Notes: generated from the letters alone by a model not told the origin. A stretch of DNA of 63,039 bases, filler included, from Collodictyon triciliatum (GCA_043381765.1; 5 parts of 5 records of this genome joined end to end with filler, not necessarily neighbours in it), one strand, 5' to 3'. Counted from the first letter of the whole stretch, positions 40,117 to 53,589 are shown. Made by a program: numbers and translations.

Positions 40117-43007
40117 TTACCGACGCCCACGTCCCCCACGGCCGCCTCGCATTCCGCCTCGCATTCCTCCACGGCCACGGCCCATCGCCCCGGGGAAGTC
40201 GCTCTGCTGGGCAGCAGCCTCTGACTTTGGGTTGCGCACAGTCTCGTCGACAGACAGGACGAGGCACGCGGCTTCGGTGGCGGCAGTGAGCGCGTTGATC
40301 TTGACCACGGCCGGCTCCCACACATACGATTCAAACGTGTTGCAGACTCCTTCGTTGTCAATGTCCACGCCATACCACGTGCCTTCCGCTGTTGCAGACC
40401 CGATGGGCAGCGCAGCGCAGCAAAGCCAAGCCAAGCCAAGCCAGAGCAAAGTCAGTAGGCGGTTTTGGGAATGAGAAAAGAGGATGGTATATGAAAGTAT
40501 CTTGCTTTGCGATGCGATACACGAATAAATGGATAAAGATATCAGGCGCGGGTATGGCGAGTGCGACTCACGCTGGGAGTGCTTCATGCGCAGCTTGTTG
40601 AGGATGTCGGTCGAGTCGAATCCGGCGTTGTCTGAAAGCTGGCGGGGGATGATCTCGAGGGCCTTTGCGTACGCGTTGATGAGCAGCTGTTGCTTGCCGT
40701 GGATGGTGCGCGAGTGCTCGCGAAGGAAGCGGCTGAGCTCCATCTCGATGGCCCCACCGCCCGCGACCACAGTCGTGTTTTTGATGGCGCGGCGCACAAC
40801 CATGATGGCGTCGTGAATGGAGCGGTCGACTTCCTCGATGAACTGCTCCGAGCCTCCGCGCAGGATGACTGTGGCCGAGCGGGACTGAAAAGAAATGATT
40901 TTTTTTTTTTTTTAAAAAAAGATAGAAAAGGGAAGCGGTGGTGTTTTCGACTCGTACCTGTGAGCACTGCGTAAAGAAGTTGTAGCGCTCACCACCGACT
41001 TGGCGCTCCTCAAACAGGCCGCACGTACCAAGAATCTCGTCGGTGAGGTTATGTACTGAAGTCTGGATGGAGCCTCCTGTGGCCTTTGCGACACGTTTCA
41101 AGTCCTACAATTGTGTATTGTGTGCCGATTAAAAGGTGGGTCTGTATGTTCGATATGAGAGTTGCTATTTTTTCTTCTTCTCCCCCTTCTCTCTATTTCC
41201 TTTCAAAAATAGAAAATGAGTGCCAGGTTGCTGTCGGGTGTATTGCGGGTGGTTCTTTTTTTCTTTCCTTCTCGTACTGGATAACCAGACCAACCTCCTC
41301 AGTCACGCGACCAGCACAAAAGATGTCACGGTCAGCAAAATACTGGGTTCCAAGGTCGCCAATAGGCAGGCGCGAGAGAACGACTTTGGCTCCGGTAGAA
41401 GCGATCTTGTTGAGTTTGTCGTATATAATGTTCCATTCGGCATCAACGATGGCTTGGTATTCCTGAGTGCAAACACAAGGTCATTAATCACACGGTTTTC
41501 CAAGAGGCACAAAACTGTAAGTCGCAACTTGGCGCAGTCAATGAGCACACTATTCAGAGTGCATGTAGCGTAAAACGTCTTGATTGTTCAGATAATATGA
41601 TGACAAGTCTCGCTGACTTACAGCAGGGTCGGTGATGCGGACTTCTGCGCTGTCCTTCTCAGCCTTATGTTCAAGTTCTATGTTCAGAAGGATAATCTTT
41701 GGGTTCTCAAACTTTTTGGGTTGTTGCTCGAAGCCAGCATACGAGAAAGTCTTCTGGAAAGCAACACCTTGGACGAGAATCGATTCCTAAAAAAATATTT
41801 GGTCTTAATTCCTCTAAACATGTACCAATTGGCATGATTTGGTGTCTACTTTGACTTTACCCATGCATTAGACTTTAATATGGAAAGAAGAAAAAGAAGA
41901 GAGGGAAAAAATAGGAGAGAATTCATTTTGGAATTACCTCGACACCTCCTCCAGTGACCTTCTTGATACCGATCATGTTTAGGTCGAGGTCCTCATCCAG
42001 GCATTCTACTGCATCCACCACAAGTTTAGAGAAGAACTGCTTGTGTCCTGAGATGAGCTTTGAGTTCATTGATGTCGAGGCACATTTCTCCAGAAGGGAA
42101 CGGCGCTCTCTGCGGTGTATGGGAATTCTTGTTATGTTTCTGACACGGTTAGACAATCGATATATTCAGAATAGGTTGAGAATTGTTTGGATTCACGCAC
42201 TCCGGCCCTTTCCCATCCAATGAGATAGCAAGGTCCTTGATTCTCTTCACAGCCTAAATCATGTACACGCATACACAAAAAGAAGCTTTCAGCACGGATA
42301 AAGACAAAGAAATGGAGCGACTGTAATAATAATAATACTAATAATAACTTTAACAATAAATTATGACGTAAAAGCGAATTCTGAAAAATTCCATATCGTC
42401 TCATGATAGTGTCTCAGTCCTTTTTTTTTCTTCTCCCTTCAGCGTAGATACCGGGTTGATGAAATAAGTATGGACAAATTACCAGGTCGCATGCCGAGTA
42501 GTAGCTCTTGATGATGGTCTGGGGATGCAGATTTTCCTCAATGAAGGGCTTGGCCTGCTTCAAAAACTCGCCGGCGATGACAACGACACTTGTTGTTCCG
42601 TCACCAATCTAAACGCGACATTATTCAACCATGATTAAAACACGACTATTTCTGCCGTGGACAGGGGCTCATGACTAGACAACCGGCGCTGTTTCTTCAG
42701 CAGGGCCAGTTGAGTGAGGCAAGAAAAGAAGGCAGGAGTTGAATACCTCCGCGTCCTGAGACTTTGCAATGTCGACAAGGGTGAGCGCAGCAGGATGAAC
42801 CACGTTGAGGAGTTTCATGATGGTTGCGCCGTCATTGGAAATGGTGACTCCGCCGCGGTCGTCGTAGATGAGTTTGTCCATCCCACGGGGGCCAAGCGTT
42901 GTGCGAACAATATCGACAACGGCCGAGCAGGCGTTGATGTTGCTGATGAGCTGGCCTTTGCCTTGCGAGTTGTCAGTTCCTTCCTTCAGCAGGATAATGC
43001 TGGGAGT
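40117..43007 (-). CDS. CCT7: T-complex protein 1 subunit eta, 5' exon lost in gap
   Basis: [75 protein letters not shown] and RGG tail; all visible introns GT-AG. Confidence 0.95.
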
Positions 43008-43155
43008 CTGCAGTCGGTGGCGGTGAGTGGAAAACAAACAAAAAAAAAAAAAAAAAAAGGGGGGGGGGGGGGTGGGGCGGTGGGGGGGGGCGAGGGCAAA
43101 ACAGCGGGGGGNNNNNNNNNNNNNNNNNNNNNNNNNNNNNNNNNNNNNNNNNNNN

Positions 43156-43167
43156 TTAATTAATTAA
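43156..43167. other. Artificial contig linker
   Basis: TTAATTAATTAA within N run. Confidence 0.9.
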
Positions 43168-45266
43168 NNNNNNNNNNNNNNNNNNNNNNNNNNNNNNNNN
43201 NNNNNNNNNNNTACTCTATACTCTTTACTCTTTACTCTTTACTCTTTACTCTTTACTCTTTACTCTTTACTCTTTACTCTTTACTCTTTACTCTTTACTC
43301 TTTACTCTTTACTCTTTACTCTTTACTCTTGGCAAAATAGAAATAATCTAAAGACTAGAGTGTTTACCAGTCATTTTGGATTTAGGCCGTATCTCTCGGA
43401 TTCATTCAACATGAAAATCAACGCATCAGCGAAACAGTGGCACTCATTACATCAACCATCCTCATAACACCGATTGCAATCCCCTTTGTCTATCGTATAT
43501 TCAAGGAAATATCTCGACGAAAATTGCAATAATTTCAAGAGATTTGACTCACACCTGTCCCCAATACACGATTGGCGATAAAAAGAATATTGACGAAAAC
43601 TGCAAAACTTAATGAATACTCTATTTTCCCCTATACCAAGACGTATGATACGGATGTTTTTGTCGATTGATAAATAGATATTACGTTAGTGGTGGAGGTT
43701 TATAGTATGATTGGTAAACTCGAATGCTGCTTTTTCAATCATGTTAAGGAGGCGAGTATATTTACATTCATGAACTGGGTGCATGAAAAAGGAATTTGTT
43801 TCCAACAATTCGGACAGCGACCATTAAAACAGTGAAGATGACCATAAACTTTGAAGGCTCGCTATGAAAAGTTTGATTTAAATTCCTCTCTGATTGCATA
43901 ACTTAGCATTTTTCCTCGTAAGGCCCAGGTGTACGGTATTGGTAACAGTTAGCGAACCCTTGATTTTGTTGGCAATAGCTCGGTAAGTCCATCACTGCCT
44001 TCACCCGTGGTAAATACCCACAACATGTGTTCTTTATCGGGTCATTTTGTTTGATTTTGTTGACCTTGACAGCTTGCTTTTCAGATAAGGGGGTGCATTC
44101 CTGATGGAGATCGAGTAAAAAATATGAGAACCTCACTCCAGGTGAGTGATAATCAATCAAAAAAAAAAAAAGAATTTTGGAATACCTTATTTTCTGAACC
44201 GGAAAAACATTTACTCATTTTTGCTCGAAGCTGGGCGTATAGAAGTTTTCTAGGTTACATTACTATGTGTTTAAGTTGTTCTTTGATGTAGCTTTTAAGA
44301 CAATCCATTGCGCATTCATAGTAATTACGAATGGTCTCAGGCAGCGTATGTTAAAATAAAAAGATCCTCCTGATATGCTTCGCCGTGCAATTCCTTCATG
44401 GTGGCTGTCGAATTCCTGTCAGTAGCAAATCATTCTATGCTTTATAGACACTTATTATACTCTTTTTTGTTGACCTTTCGCATTGATTTCTTTTGTTTGA
44501 ACAGCGTTATTTCCTTGTGGGGAATAAAGGGGTTCAATAACTTGGATAAATGTTCATAAGGATGACTCATCTTTAACAAAAGAGAATGTTTTTGTTGTTT
44601 CTTTCAGGGTTCTCGACTTTTTTTTTCTCTTTGCATGTTCGTGACTGGAGTGTAGAACCCAAAAAGGCCTGTTTCATTGCAAGCCACTCAATTTCGGGCG
44701 CTGTCTTCTATTTCAAAGTCATTGCATCATAATTACGATGCTGCCTAGATTCGAAATGTTCATCGGCCTCGTATTTCTGGAAAGTATACCAAAAAGAGAG
44801 AGCAAATTCATTGTTTTATTAAATAGTTACAAGGCTTAAAAAAATTGTTATTGAATGTCTGACACGATTTTGGTGAGCGTTTGATTTATTGGTGGGACAG
44901 ACACTCGTTTGCTTTGGCTTTTGCAACTCTTATTTTTGGGTAGTTGTGGCTTGTTCTATATGACAGAGGACAATGACATACCTGCATAGTAAACGTGGTT
45001 TAAATTAATGCTGACGAATCACTAAAATATGTGAAGACTTTTGACGGGTATATAAAGATTTCGCAAGCTTAAAGAATATTATGGAAAGGAAACATCAACC
45101 AGAAAAAAAGAAGTTGATTAAGAATCATAGAAAAGTTATAATTATGTGCTGTTATACTTTTAATCGAACTTAATCTTAAGAATTGATGATATTATGCCTA
45201 ATTTATAGGGACCACTGACTACAATAACAAAACGAAAAAAAAACCAACAAAAACAAACCATCAATA

Positions 45267-46298
45267 ATGCCGAGCGCCCGCCCCGATAAACCTAATTTTT
45301 CATCTACGAACTCTGACTCGGCTCTGCAATGGAGAATGAAAGCAGCCCTAGCAGAATCTCTGGATGGAGGCTATCAAGCATCTACAAGATTTAAACCTAT
45401 GAATAAGCAAGATGTTGATTTTTATCGCAATAAGTCAAAATCAGAACCGCATCTTGCATTCCGGAAGGAACCACCCATCTTCACTGGAGACACTCAGCAC
45501 CCAGTCGGGCAAACAGTTCTGGTAGATGCTGATGAATTTTATGATACTGTTCGAGGAGTTACCTCACCCGAACTCACTATTTTGCCTCATGTACCAAAGA
45601 GAGCAATCCCCGAGCACAGATTATTTAACAGAGAGGGTGCCGAATTAAAGGAGGACATGGATGACTTAGTGGAGAGATTCAAGGACCGCTCTGAGGTTTT
45701 GGTCCATAATGTAAAGGAAACAACTGTAGATGTTGTTGAGAATGCAAAGAATATGGCATCAAGTGCTCTTGAAAGTGCCAAGGAGACGGCTGAAAATGTC
45801 GTTGAGTCTGTTGTTAACACTGCCTCTAATGTTGTGGATGGTGCAAAAGACAAAGCATCCACCGCTATTGAGTCCGCAAAAGAGACTGCTGAGAATGTCG
45901 TCGAATCTGTTGTAAATACGACATCCTACGTAATGGAAGAGGTTAAAGAGAAAGCCCAAAGTGTGGTCGATCACACGAAGGAAAAAGCTTCAAGCATGGC
46001 GGAATGTGTAGCAGATACCGCATCCAGTGTTGTGGAGGGTGTAAAAAGCCAAACCAATCAAACCATTAAGTGCACGAAAGAAAAGGCCGAAGACTTAAGA
46101 GTGGCCATCGAGGAGAAGCAGGTAGAGGCGAAAGAGGCGATAGAAAGCTCATCTCTATTGAATTCCATCGCCAATACAGTCATCGAAGGTGTCAGTCTTG
46201 TCGCAGGCACAGCATCTTTGGCCCTGGACAAGGTCAAGGATACGTTTTCAACCCCACAGGAGGACACGGCCGAATCTCCCAAACCCCGAAAGGGTTAA
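45267..46298 (+). CDS. Single-exon LEA-like / amphipathic helical repeat protein, 343 aa
   Basis: 11-mer-like A/K/E/T repeats with a 33-aa duplication (ASSALESAKETAENVVESVVNT / ASTAIESAKETAENVVESVVNT); AATAAA downstream. Confidence 0.7.
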   Translation: MPSARPDKPNFSSTNSDSALQWRMKAALAESLDGGYQASTRFKPMNKQDVDFYRNKSKSEPHLAFRKEPPIFTGDTQHPVGQTVLVDADEFYDTVRGVTSPELTILPHVPKRAIPEHRLFNREGAELKEDMDDLVERFKDRSEVLVHNVKETTVDVVENAKNMASSALESAKETAENVVESVVNTASNVVDGAKDKASTAIESAKETAENVVESVVNTTSYVMEEVKEKAQSVVDHTKEKASSMAECVADTASSVVEGVKSQTNQTIKCTKEKAEDLRVAIEEKQVEAKEAIESSSLLNSIANTVIEGVSLVAGTASLALDKVKDTFSTPQEDTAESPKPRKG

Positions 46299-46836
46299 TA
46301 TGCTGCCGCTCTGTCCGCCCTATTCCACATTCAAAATTAAAATCTGGAATAAAGCTGCACTCTTTCCCAATTTGTGTCCTTGTTTTTGTGATCATCAGAT
46401 CATATCCGACATGAATCAGTTTTTTCCCTGAAACCGGGTGACTTGCTGTTTCCCTTGTCTGTCTGCCTTGATCCACACACCCCACTGCAGTCTCTTTGGA
46501 GACCAAGGAAAAGAGAACAGCTTCATAATGAGTTTTCTTTGCGTATTCATATAGGATATTGCACGAAGCCACGCCCAACGCGAGCCAAAAGAAAAAAAAG
46601 AAAGGAGGGCTGATTTGGACGAAGGTTGGCAGGCAGCCACGCAGAGGTTTGATTCGTCACAGCTAGAGATATCCTGCCTGCCTGCCCTCGAAGACAGGAG
46701 GACGCTTTTATTTCTGCTTTGCGTCCGTGTGTAGAACAGCAATAACGAAAGGAGGCCCTACAATACTTTGAAGCGGGAGCAAAAAAAAAAAAGGAGAAAA
46801 AGGAACGCCCCGCTTGATTTCTCAACGTGCCTAGAG

Positions 46837-47556
46837 ATGGCTGTTTCGCTGGCCTCCTTCACCTTTGGAATTGTGGCCTTCATCCTTTTCTGCGTAGCCT
46901 TCCACATCATTTTTGTGCTATGGATGGACGGCAAATCCAACCCGCGGCTTGTCCAGTCGATCGCCACAGCGTTCCAACGCCGCGGCTCTACAGCAGACGA
47001 CTCTGCAACTCCAGAAGCAACCAGAAGTGCTGTTTCGGCCCTGCGCTCAGAATCAACCACGCGGGAAGCAAACTCGGGAGTTGTTCGTCGCAAACAAACA
47101 GAGCGGTTTTCGTATCCGGACAACTTCAGCTCGGTGGGTCAAGTTGGATCGCCGCCTTTAAAGACAAAGACGCTGTCTACAACCAAAATCATGGACGAGC
47201 CCGTCAAGATGACCAATGCCACCATCGGTGTGTCTGATCAGTCGGCCGAATCCAGAAAGCAAAAGGCTGCGTCGGTGTCGCATGTCCAGTTTGAAGACCT
47301 AAAGGAGAAGAGCAAGCAGTCCAAGAGCCGCCACCACCATCATCATCACCACCACCACAGCCATCATGATTCTCAGAAGATTCAAGAAGAACACCAACAA
47401 CAACAACGGGGAAAGGTTCATTCTCATCGAAGAGAGAAGCAAGAGCCCTCGCTGCAGATGGTCTCAGCTTTGGTTGATGCCATGGCTGATCTTCCTGACG
47501 ATGAAATTCTCGAACTGCTCCAAGTTCGACGCTCTCAAAAAGGTATGGGCGTCTAA
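46837..47556 (+). CDS. Hypothetical protein with N-terminal TM helix and poly-His tract
   Basis: Open GC-rich frame MAVSLASFTFGIVAFILFCVAFHIIFVLW...HHHHHHHHHSHH... Confidence 0.6.
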   Translation: MAVSLASFTFGIVAFILFCVAFHIIFVLWMDGKSNPRLVQSIATAFQRRGSTADDSATPEATRSAVSALRSESTTREANSGVVRRKQTERFSYPDNFSSVGQVGSPPLKTKTLSTTKIMDEPVKMTNATIGVSDQSAESRKQKAASVSHVQFEDLKEKSKQSKSRHHHHHHHHHSHHDSQKIQEEHQQQQRGKVHSHRREKQEPSLQMVSALVDAMADLPDDEILELLQVRRSQKGMGV

Positions 47557-47658
47557 CCTTTTGGCCTTACTGTTTTTTTTTCCCTGGTATTATATTTATA
47601 TTTCTACAATTACTTTTTGATGGTGTCATGTTTATTGTTATTAGAGTTATCAGCGACC

Positions 47659-49091
47659 ATGTCAGACACGTCTGTTGACGCTGCTCTAGATGCAATATCA
47701 CTTATTCGGTGCGGTTTAATAATCGGGATTTTTAGCTTTAAAATAAATGTTATGAAAATAGCCGAATTGTTATTTTTGTTCATAGAAGTGTATGTAATCA
47801 ACGTCCTTGCTTACTGTCAGTTTTTTTCTAGACATTTGTCCGAAAAGCCTGTAAAATCTACCCCATTCTCTGGTAAGTAATTCATGTCCCCACTGAAGGG
47901 GCAAGAAGGAATAAATCACCTCTTTTCTTTTTCTTACTTTTTTTTTTTTTTTGGTTACCTTTTTTTATCTGAATTGGATTGATTTTCAGCTGCAACTGCC
48001 GTCCTCCGAACCCCGGATATCGACTGTGCCAACCAGCTCTCTGCCGTTCTCACAACACCAGACTTCATCGCCTTCTCCAAAAAGATGTTTTCTACCTACG
48101 TGACTGGATGCCGACTTCACGACGTACGCATTCACCTTGACAGACGGCTACAGAATCATCCTTTATCCACCTTACAGAGTCGCAAAACAAAAACAAAAAC
48201 AAAAAACAAATACATGTGCACATGAGCCAACTCTTAGCTAGCTCATTGCAACAACCCCGGCTAGATTGACAAGGTAGTTCACAAGCNNNNNNNNNNNNNN
48301 NNNNNNNNNNNNNNNNNNNNNNNNNNNNNNNNNNNNNNNNNNNNNNNNNNNNNNNNNNNNNNNNNNNNNNNNNNNNNNNNNNNNNNNNNNNNNNNNNNNN
48401 NNNNNNNNNNNNNNNNNNNNNNNNNNNNNNNNNNNNNNNNNNNNNNNNNNNNNNNNNNNNNNNNNNNNNNNNNNNNNNNNNNNNNNNNNNNNNNNNNNNN
48501 NNNNNNNNNNNNNNNNNNNNNNNNNNNNNNNNNNNNNNNNNNNNNNNNNNNNNNNNNNNNNNNNNNNNNNNNNNNNNNNNNNNNNNNNNNNNNNNNNNNN
48601 NNNNNNNNNNNNNNNNNNNNNNNNNNNNNNNNNNNNNNNNNNNNNNNNNNNNNNNNNNNNNNNNNNNNNNNNNNNNNNNNNNNNNNNNNNNNNNNNNNNN
48701 NNNNNNNNNNNNNNNNNNNNNNNNNNNNNNNNNNNNNNNNNNNNNCACCGACTGCGGCTTTTCGCCCGACCAGCCACAACCACAGCCACAGCCACAACCT
48801 CAGCTGCAACCGCTCCGCCCACTCATGCCTTTTTCAGCCCCAACACGGCCCGCCGCGGCCGCGCCTGTGGTCTACAGCGGGGTGGGTGTGATCCCGCCAG
48901 ACGAGTCAGCCCCGCGCGAGAGTGTCCGGGCCGCACCGCAGACCCAGCGCGGTTTGCGCGTGGCCTTTGCGACCGGCGGCTTCAGCGACTACGCAGACTT
49001 TGACGTGCGCTGCAGCGACCCGAACGATCTCTGCGTGGGCGGGGCCGGCGGGCAGAGCGACCACTCGGACGTCATCTACATCTGCCTCTGA
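47659..49091 (+). CDS. Hypothetical multi-exon protein spanning a gap
   Basis: Exons MSDTSVDAALDAISLIR / HLSEKPVKSTPFS / AATAVLRTPDIDC...RLHD join in frame via GT-AG. Linkage to the post-gap ORF ending VIYICL* is assumed. Confidence 0.4.
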
Positions 49092-50078
49092 ACACCGCGC
49101 CCTGTGCCGAGGAAAGGACGCGGGAACAACCTGGATAAAGTATGCACACAAATGGCCACTGAGAGGGGGTATCTGGTGGAGTTGTTGTTTCTGTGTGCGT
49201 GTGCGTTTATTCGAGTCTGGGGCTGGGGCGGCGGTCTGCAGGATGGAAGGGAAGAAGGGAAGAGTCAGTGCTTTGTTGTTGCGTGTTTGTTGCGGAGGGA
49301 GTTGTCGGCCCCTGAATGCCTCGAAGGCACACTTTCGCTGGGGCGGTGGCGGAGCCACGTGGATGCCTCAACGACAGCAGACGAGGAAAGTGTTGGGCCG
49401 GTTTGTGCCTGCGGGCAACAGCCTTCTCAAGGAGTTGGGAGGGCCGATTCGCTCGCAAGGGCACAAATCAATCTGGCTCCTGTTTGCTGGGACTGATCGG
49501 CGCGTGTGTGCGCTGACCAGAGTCATGTGCAATATGGAGCCTTTCAGGTGGTGTGGGTTTGTGGGTTTGTGGGTTTGTGGGTTTGTGGGTTTGTAGAAGT
49601 GCAAGTGTGCGTGTGTGTACTTACTCGGGGGCCGGCTGCTTGCCCGGGTGGAACCTTCCTCTGGAGTGGGTGGGCTTAGCGGGCTTTTCTTGCGGCGGCG
49701 TTGGCATCTCGGGCTGATGAATCAGGTGGTGATCGATTGGCGTTTGTGTGTGCTTTGCTGCTTATGCTGCGCTGGTGTGGTCTGCTGGGCTCTTCAATGA
49801 AAATATTGTATTGTGGAATATATGTTACAAATTGTATTTAGTTTCTATATATGGTTATAATGCGCTTTTAATAAATAAAAAGATTATAAAAATATTAATA
49901 ATAGCAAAGATAAGACGTTCTGCCAAATGTCTGTGGAGATTGCGCCATTTTATTCCAGTTCTGTGTCCAAGCAAACGAGGGGACAAATGAGCATAATGAA
50001 ATAACGAATATATTTTATCATCTCGGAGCTATGGCCCACACAACACCCAAGCAAGACATGGCATCCATCCTAATCACT

Positions 50079-50153
50079 GGCTGTGGGTATGTGAGGGTTC
50101 TCCTTCTATTCTATTCAAGGGAAGGAAGGGGTTTTAGAGGCTATGGGTATGTG
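50079..50153 (-). mobile_element. 45-bp insert of the second family's 3' end with 15-bp TSD
   Basis: ggctgtgggtatgtg and ggctatgggtatgtg flank TCTAAAACCCCTTCCTTCCCTTGAATAGAATAGAAGG-AGAACCCT(-); 30/34 match to 20135-20168. Confidence 0.75.
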
Positions 50154-50966
50154 GCTAATCTCTGCTCCAACTCACTTGCAACATTTACAGCCTCGTGATA
50201 TACTGGTGTTCTGTTGCCCTCTAGAAAGAACAGAACACTCCGACCAACTCAACGTTTGCTCTACAATCTTCCGCCGATTTAGTATTGGCCATAGATTCGC
50301 AAAATTCAGCCAAAGAAGTTTTTCGCCCTTCTTTGTGTGCAATACTTTTTTTTTTTTCGTTGTTGTATTATTGTTTTTGATTCTTTGAAAAGCAAAACAA
50401 ACCAGTCACAAATTTGTAAGTGGCTCTATGTTCGTATCTTCCGCCAGTCAGTCGCACAGGCCAAACAATGGCACTTCTTTCAAATCGGAGGCTCTGCTGA
50501 CTCTTTGGTGGTGCAGTTTGGCACACAAAACCTTTTCGCAACGCTGCTCCGCAATCCTCCTGAGTCGCCACACTTCCTTTGGCTAGCCTCTCAGTCTATA
50601 GCTTATGTTGGGGTCTAAAGCCGTCTTTCTTTTCTTCGTTCTTTCTATATTTTTTTTTTCACTCTTTCTGTTTCTTTTTTTTTAAACTTATATGCGCCTG
50701 CGCCCCATTGTCATTTTTTTTTGATTGCCTGGTTGGGTGTCCTCGTGATCGATCTTTCGCTGGCGGAAACACATCGAACAGCTTGATTGCTATCCTTTTC
50801 TACGCTCTGGGGCAAAAACTTTCCAACACAAACCACTTCACCAACCTCTCTTCACTCAGGAATGACAGGCTGTTAGCCGGATTACTCTTGATTATATTAA
50901 CGTGTAGCTTCTTATTCTTTTCTTTTTTGACCGACCTCCTGTATTTCAGGTGACCGATCGCCAAGC

Positions 50967-53589
50967 ATGTTTGTCCTAAAAAATACAAACAGCAGCGCCA
51001 CGTTCGATGATGAGCCCAGCGACTTTAAAGACTTGGACTTTGACGAATATCTTCCGTCTCTGACCCTTCTCATATTCTTTATGTTTGGGATCGCCTTCTT
51101 CTTTGAGTTTATCCTAAAGGGCCTCGATCATGTTTGTTGTTTCATATACCCCTCTCGTAATTAACACAAAAAAGAAGCAACTAGCGTGTATGTATTAACA
51201 AACGCATGCCCTTTGTTCATCACTCTCGACATATTTAGTTTCTGAAAAGGAATGCCCCACAACTATATGACATCGTCCAACAGCTCTACAAAGGTTTTCT
51301 TTTTTCTTCCAGTTAATAACATAATAGATAAGTTTATGAATATATGTAATGTAATGTAATGTATGTATGTATGTATGTATGTATGTATGTATGTATGTAT
51401 GTATGTATGTATGTATGTATGTATGTATGTATGTATGTATGTATGTATGTATNNNNNNNNNNNNNNNNNNNNNNNNNNNNNNNNNNNNNNNNNNNNNNNN
51501 NNNNNNNNNNNNNNNNNNNNNNNNNNNNNNNNNNNNNNNNNNNNNNNNNNNNTATGTATGTATGTATGTATGTATGTATGTATGTATGTATGTATGTATG
51601 TATGTATGTATGTATGTATGTATGTATGTATGTATGTATGTATGTATGTATGTATGTATGTATGTATGTATGGATGTATGGATGTATGGATGTATGGATG
51701 CATGTTTAAAATCTTTTTGAATTTAGAACTTATGGTTTGCGGATTCATCTCCATTTTTCTGTGGCTGTCACACTACACGGACGTAATTTCAGACATCACC
51801 TCGCAAGATTTACCTGATATCTTGTTTGATTTTATCCAATTAGTCCTGTTTCTTTCCCTTGGGTTCTATGTACTTTACATGTTTTACTTGATGTTTTTAT
51901 CACTCTTCTTCATGAGGAGATGGAATGACATCGAATCCATGGACCCAGGTATATCACTGCCTTTCAGATAAAAGTAAAACAAGAAAAATAGCACAAGATA
52001 CCACCAAAAACAAAATTCTTGTATACCTCATGATAAACTATAGACCAACTATGAGCACCGCACTCATCATAGGACTCGTAGAGCAAGAATACCAGGAACA
52101 AAAAGAAATCCTCGATAGGATGCCTTGGTACGAGCGCTGCGTGTCATGGGGCTCTGCTGCCCGCTGTTTCGACCTCCGAAAAAAGTATCACTATCACATC
52201 GTCCGCGCGCAATTCATCCTGCAACAAGGCCTTACAGACCGATTCAACTTTGGGTCGTATCTTCGCAAATGCATGCGGTCCATGGTCGCCGAGTGGGTCA
52301 AAATCCACTGGACAATATGGCTGGTTGTCCTTCTTGTCATTAGCATGTCTGGGCTGCGCTATTGGCTGGGCTCCAACTTCAGTCGCACAACTTCCCTCTA
52401 TCAGTTCATGGCTGCCGGTTGGGCGATGCTCGTCATCGGCATACTTGTCAGTATGAAATCGCGTTATGTCCTTCGCAAACTGGTTTCCTCCAACGTGCTC
52501 TCTGTCCCCATCATCGCACCCATCGACCGCACGTCCATGTCATCAGACATGCTCTCGGACTACACACCTCTCGATCCCGACGGAGCAAACACAGGTGATG
52601 GCCCAGGAGACCTCTTTGGGCCATTTGGCATCGGCAGCAACATCAACCCATTTAGTTTCGCGTATGACAACTCAGACCTGCCCTCGTTCCACCATAACCC
52701 ACATATCATGCCCTATGACAAAACCGAGACAGGCATGGCCCGCAATGGCCCCCGCGATGACCGCTACCGTGGACCAAACCCGAATCCAAACGCAAACACA
52801 AACGCCGCATTCGTCACTACTGCATACAACTCGTACTCAAACTCATCAGCAGCATATCCGCCTGCCGTTCCCTCGCAGGGCCGCCGCAGCCCGCCGAAAT
52901 ATCCCTACGGCGCAGGCGTCACAACCGGGTATCAAACCGGGGCTGTGTCGCGGATCAGTGCGGTAGTCTCGCCCGGATGGCGAAGTCCAGGGACCGCAGG
53001 AAACTACGGCAACAACGGACTTGCCATTCCTGTTGGGTTTGGAGCGGCCGGGCTGCTCCATGTGGATTCTCGCCATGCAAATCCCAGCACAAACAGCGGC
53101 GCCAGCAGAGGCAGACATACAGCCGAGAGTGGCAATCAGGGCGACTGGCAGTTTCGAAGTGTTCGGTCTGGTACAGTGACATGCGATAAGTATCTGCGAC
53201 ACATCCTTTGGGTGCGTCCGGTGCGGTTCTTGCGCAGGATTTGGATCCGAATCCTGAATCCGTTTGCGTATCCGTCGCCGGAGATTCCAGATCAAATCCA
53301 GCTCTTTTGGTTCCACAGCGCCAGGTTTCTCTTGTATGTGATTCGTTTCCTTCTCTTGTTCCATGTGGGGTATCTGGCCATGTATATCCTTTACTTTTAC
53401 AGCGTGGCAAACGAAGTATCGGCGCACTATGCCCACGGTGTGATTATCTTCCCAGTCATCATCTTTTCGTTTGTGACCATACCATTCATGCTTCCGACCT
53501 ACAGCGTCATCGCAAATGTTGGGTATCTCACAAAGCACAAGCTCGTGGCGCTGACCATTAAACAACAGCAGCACGAAGGAACTATATGA
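50967..53589 (+). CDS. MLO-family multi-pass membrane protein, 4 exons
   Basis: KELMVCGFIS, FNFGSYLRKCM...KIHWTIW, LFWFHSARFLLYVIRF and LPTYSVIANVG match MLO motifs ELMxxGFIS, FDFxxY, FWF and LPLYAxVxQMG. Confidence 0.8.
51359..51680. repeat. (TATG)n intronic microsatellite with gap
   Basis: Tetranucleotide run in MLO intron 2. Confidence 0.95.

Noticed and set aside
48092-48175. FYVE domain from minus-strand WIKDDSVAVC
   Set aside because: No RRHHCR motif follows, and the plus strand has a better spliced frame.
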